Source: the human T2T-CHM13v2.0 reference genome, Homo sapiens
Assembly: GCF_009914755.1 (NCBI RefSeq)
Contig: NC_060933.1
Length of the DNA: 64,000 bases
Reading direction: 5' to 3' (one strand)
The number at the start of each line of letters is the position of its first letter. The stretch's first letter is position 1. The position numbers and the translations under genes were made by a program. The notes beneath the pieces were generated by a model, which worked only from the letters and a program-made list of their open reading frames with translations, was not told the origin of the DNA and made no database searches. Shown here one piece after another: positions 60,270 to 64,000 of this stretch.

Positions 60270-60839
60270 TGAGTGTTGGTTTTAAAGGGTTGCACAGGGT
60301 GACAGGGGAGAAGAGAAGTCACATTGGGGATCTCTCCCACCATAAACCTAAGTCCTGTATAACACACCTTCAATGTGTGACCTAGACAAACATATGACCC
60401 TCAATGGGGCATTGGAAGAAAAGTTGTCCTCTTTTGGCTTTTACACAGGAAAAAATAAAAAGTCCCTGAAATTTGTAACCACAGGGCAGGCCCTTGTGAA
60501 TTGCTTGAACTCGGGAAGCGGAGGTTGCTGTTCTTCACTTATGAAGAAATGAGGCCCCAGTTTACACTGTCCATGTAGCTTGATAAATCTCAAGCCAAGA
60601 ACTTACTTCCAAGTGAACCAGAGTTGATAGTATCTGAGATCCATGGTGGTGCAAACTAAAATCTTCTCTGGGGGAATGACCTTAAACCCAGGCCTCAAGT
60701 AATTCCTTCAGATCATATTATGGCCAACATGAATCACGATGAAAGCAGTCACGGAGCACGTGAGAGAACAAGGTATCGTGAGTGAGCACCAGCAAAGCAA
60801 CAAACAGCAGAACCAGGAGAACAAAGACACCAAACAGAA

Positions 60840-63800
60840 TGCCTGTGCACAGGGGAGTGGGATGAGGCCTGCTGCTGCCGGCTTTCCCCCACTTCCCTGG
60901 CGACCTGTATGACGCAGCAGAGGCAGCCATAATCCCTCTGGAAACATAACTCCATTGGCCTGGGAATCATGCCCCCATCCCCCACAGCAGCTGCAGCAAG
61001 CTCTGCCCAGAGAGAGTCTCAGCTCAGACGGACCTAACCCTGCCCCCACCTGATGGTCTTTTTCTACCTGCCCTGGCAGTGGAAGGCAAAGGACATAATC
61101 CCTTGGGAGCTCTATGGCCCTGCCCACTGCCTTACCCTAGGGCAAGCTTGTATCCTCCCTATACAACCACAGCTGATGCACTCTTGAAAGTGCCACCTCC
61201 TGGCTGGGGGCCAACCAACACAAAACCAGGGCACTTAACAAAAATACAACCAAGGACTCTGACAGAGTCCACTTGGCTCCCCTGCTACCTCCACCAGAGC
61301 AGGTTCTGGTATCCATGGCTGACAGGCCTGAAGATGGATCAGGTCTGTCCATTCTCCTGTACCAGCCAGGAGCCTGGTAGCGCCACTGGGTTGCTAGATC
61401 CAGAAGAGAAATAACAATCACTGCAGTTTGGCTCTCAGGAAGCGCCATCCCTAGGGGAAGGCAGAGAGTATCACATCAAAGGAGCATCCTATGGGATTAA
61501 AGAATCTGAACAGCAGCCCTTGAGCCCCAGATCTTCCCTCTGAAACAGTCTTCTCAAATGAGAAGGAACTGGAGAAACAATTCTGGTAATATGACAAAAC
61601 AAGATTCCTTAACATCCCCAAAAGATCACACTAGCTCACCAGCAATGAATCCAAACCAAGGCAAAATTTCAGAATTGCCAGAAAAAGAATTCAGAAGGTT
61701 GACTGTTAAGCCAATCAAGGAGGCACCAGAGAAAGGAGAAGTCCAACTCAAAGAAATAATAATTTTAAAAAATGATACAGGATATGAATGAAAAAATCTT
61801 CAGTGAAATAGATAGCATAAATAAAACACAATCACAACTCCTAGAAATGGAGGACACAGAGAATTGTAAAATGCACTGGAAAGTCTCAGCGATAGAATCA
61901 AATAAATAGAAGAAAGAACTTCAGAGCTAAAGAACAAGGCTTTTGAGTTAACCCAAGCTGACAAAGACAAAGAAAAATAAATTTTTTAAAAAATCAACAA
62001 AGCCTGCAAGAAATTAGGGATTATGTTAAGTGACCAATCCTAAGAATAATTGATATTCCCAAGGAAGAAGAGAAATCTAAAAGTTTGGAAAACATATTTG
62101 AGGGAATAATCGAGGAAAGCTTCCCTGGCCTTGCTAGAGATCTAGACATCCAAATACACGAAGCTCAAAGAACACCTGGGAAATTCATTGCAAAACGATC
62201 ATTGCCTAGGCACACAGTCATCAGGTTATCTAAAGTCAAGACAAAGGAAAGAATCTTAAGAGCTAGGAGGCAAAAAAAATCAGGTAACCTATAAAGGAAA
62301 ACCCATCAGGTTAATAGCAGATTTCTCAGCAGAAACCCTATAAGCTAGATGGTATTGGGGTCCTATCTTTAGACTCCTTAAACAAAACAATTATCAGCCA
62401 AGAATTTTGTATTCAGTGAAATTAAGCTTCAGAAATGAAGAAAAGATAGTCTTTTTCAGACAAACAAATGCTGAGAGAATTTACCACTACTAAGCCAGAA
62501 CTACAAGAACTGCTAAAAGGAGCTCTAAGTCTTGAAACAAATCCTCAAAATACACCAAAATAGAATCTCCTTAAAGCATAAATATCACAGGACCTATAAA
62601 ACAACAATACTATGAAAAAAAAAACCCCACAAGGTATTCAGGAAATAAATAGCACAGTGAATAGAATAGTAACTCACATCTCAATATTAACATTGAATGT
62701 AAATAGCCTAAATGCTCCACTTAAAAGTTACAGAATGGCAGAATGGATAAGAATTCACCAACCAAGTATCTGCTGTTTTCAAGAGACTCACCTGACACAG
62801 AAGGATTCACATAAACTTAAGGTAAAGGGGTGGAAAAAGATATTCCATGCAAATGGACACCAAAAGTGAGCTGGAGTAGCTATTCTTATATCAGACAAAA
62901 CAAACTTTAAAGCAACAGCAGTTTAAAAAAAGACAAAGAGGGACATTATATAATGATAAAAGGACTGGTCCAACAGGAAAATACCGCAATCCTAAATATA
63001 TATGCACCTAACACTGGAGCTCCCAAATTTACAAAACAATTACTACTAGGCTTAAGAAATGAGATAGACAGCAACACAATAATAGTGGGGACTTCAATAC
63101 TCCACTGACAGTACTAGACAAGTCATCACGACAGAAAGTCAACAAGGAAATAATGGACTTAAAGTATATCCTGGAACAAATGGACTTAAGAGATATTTAC
63201 AGAACATTCTACCCAACAACTGCAGAATATGCATTCTATTCATTGGCACATGGAATATTCTCCAAAATTTTAGACCATATGATAGACCACAAAACAAGTC
63301 TCGGTAAGTTTAAGAAAATTGAAAGTATAGCAAGTACTGTGTCAGACCACAGTGGAATAGAATTGGAAATCAACTCCAAAAGGAACCCTCAAAACCATGC
63401 AAATACATGGAAATTAAATAACCTGCTCCTCCTGAATGATCATTGGGTCAACAATGAAATTTAGATAGAAATTAAAAAATTATTTGAACTGAATGATAAT
63501 AGTGACACAACCTATTAAAACCTCTGGGATACAGCAGAGGTGGTGCTAAGAGGAAAGTTCATAGCATTAAATGCCTACATCAAAAAGTCTGAAAGAGCAC
63601 AAACAGACAATCTAAGGTCAACACCTCAAGGAGCTAGAGAAACAAGAACAAACCAAATCAAACCCAGCAGAAGAAAAGAAATAACCAAGATCACAGCAGA
63701 ACTAAATGGAATTGAAACCAAAGAAAAACACAAAAGATAAGTAAAACAAAAAGCTGGCTCTTTGAAAAGATAAATAAAATTGATATACCATTATCAAGAT

Positions 63801-64000
63801 TAACCAAGAAAAGAAGAGAGAAGATCCAAGTAAGTTGAATTAGAAACAAAACGGGAGATACTACAACCAATACCACAGAAATACAAAAGACCAAGGCTAC
63901 TATGAACTCCTTTATGCACATAAACTAGAAAACCTAGAGGAGATGGATAAATTCCTGGAAATATACAACCCTCCTAGATTAAACCAGGAAGAAATAGAAA
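60840..64000 (+). mobile_element. Long L1PB-like element (partial 5'UTR, disrupted ORF1 from 61558, disrupted ORF2 from ~62660), continuing beyond the window
   Basis: ORF1 MRRN..NNSGNMTKQDSLTSPKDHTSSPAM..ELPEKEFRR; ORF2 endonuclease ISILTLNVNSLNAPLK..WIR..PSICCFQETHL and SDHSGI. Fragmented by stops and frameshifts, so inactive. Confidence 0.92.

Noticed and set aside
60708-61127. Hydrophobic transmembrane-like ORFs on the - strand
   Set aside because: Antisense reading of A-rich L1-derived sequence and the L1PB 5'UTR.
61558-64000. L1 ORF1/ORF2 as an active or domesticated gene
   Set aside because: Multiple stops and frameshifts break both ORFs into short pieces.

Overview
Primate genomic DNA (human or another ape, judged from AluJ/S/Y, L1PB, MER4, MER21 and MER52 content). 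I found no protein-coding gene. The window is dominated by interspersed repeats: roughly 50 Alu copies or fragments, several L1 fossils (including a long, dead L1PB-type element running off the right edge), MaLR/ERV1/ERVL solo LTRs, MER-type DNA-transposon MITEs, MIR/L2 fragments and a CR1/L3 fossil. Nearly all supplied ORFs are translations of Alu, L1 or LTR sequence, or GC-rich chance ORFs. The main non-repeat features are a bipartite CpG island (about 10.6-12.9 kb, split by an Alu) with no recognisable coding gene attached, a few repeat-poor blocks with developmental-TF-like motif clusters, and several consensus-like + strand splice-site pairs that could belong to an unannotated lncRNA or smORF transcript. 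I cannot establish a novel biological system or name the locus from sequence alone. The findings are testable structural oddities and regulatory hypotheses. Repeat subfamily calls are from memory of consensus sequences, and boundaries are approximate unless a TSD is quoted.
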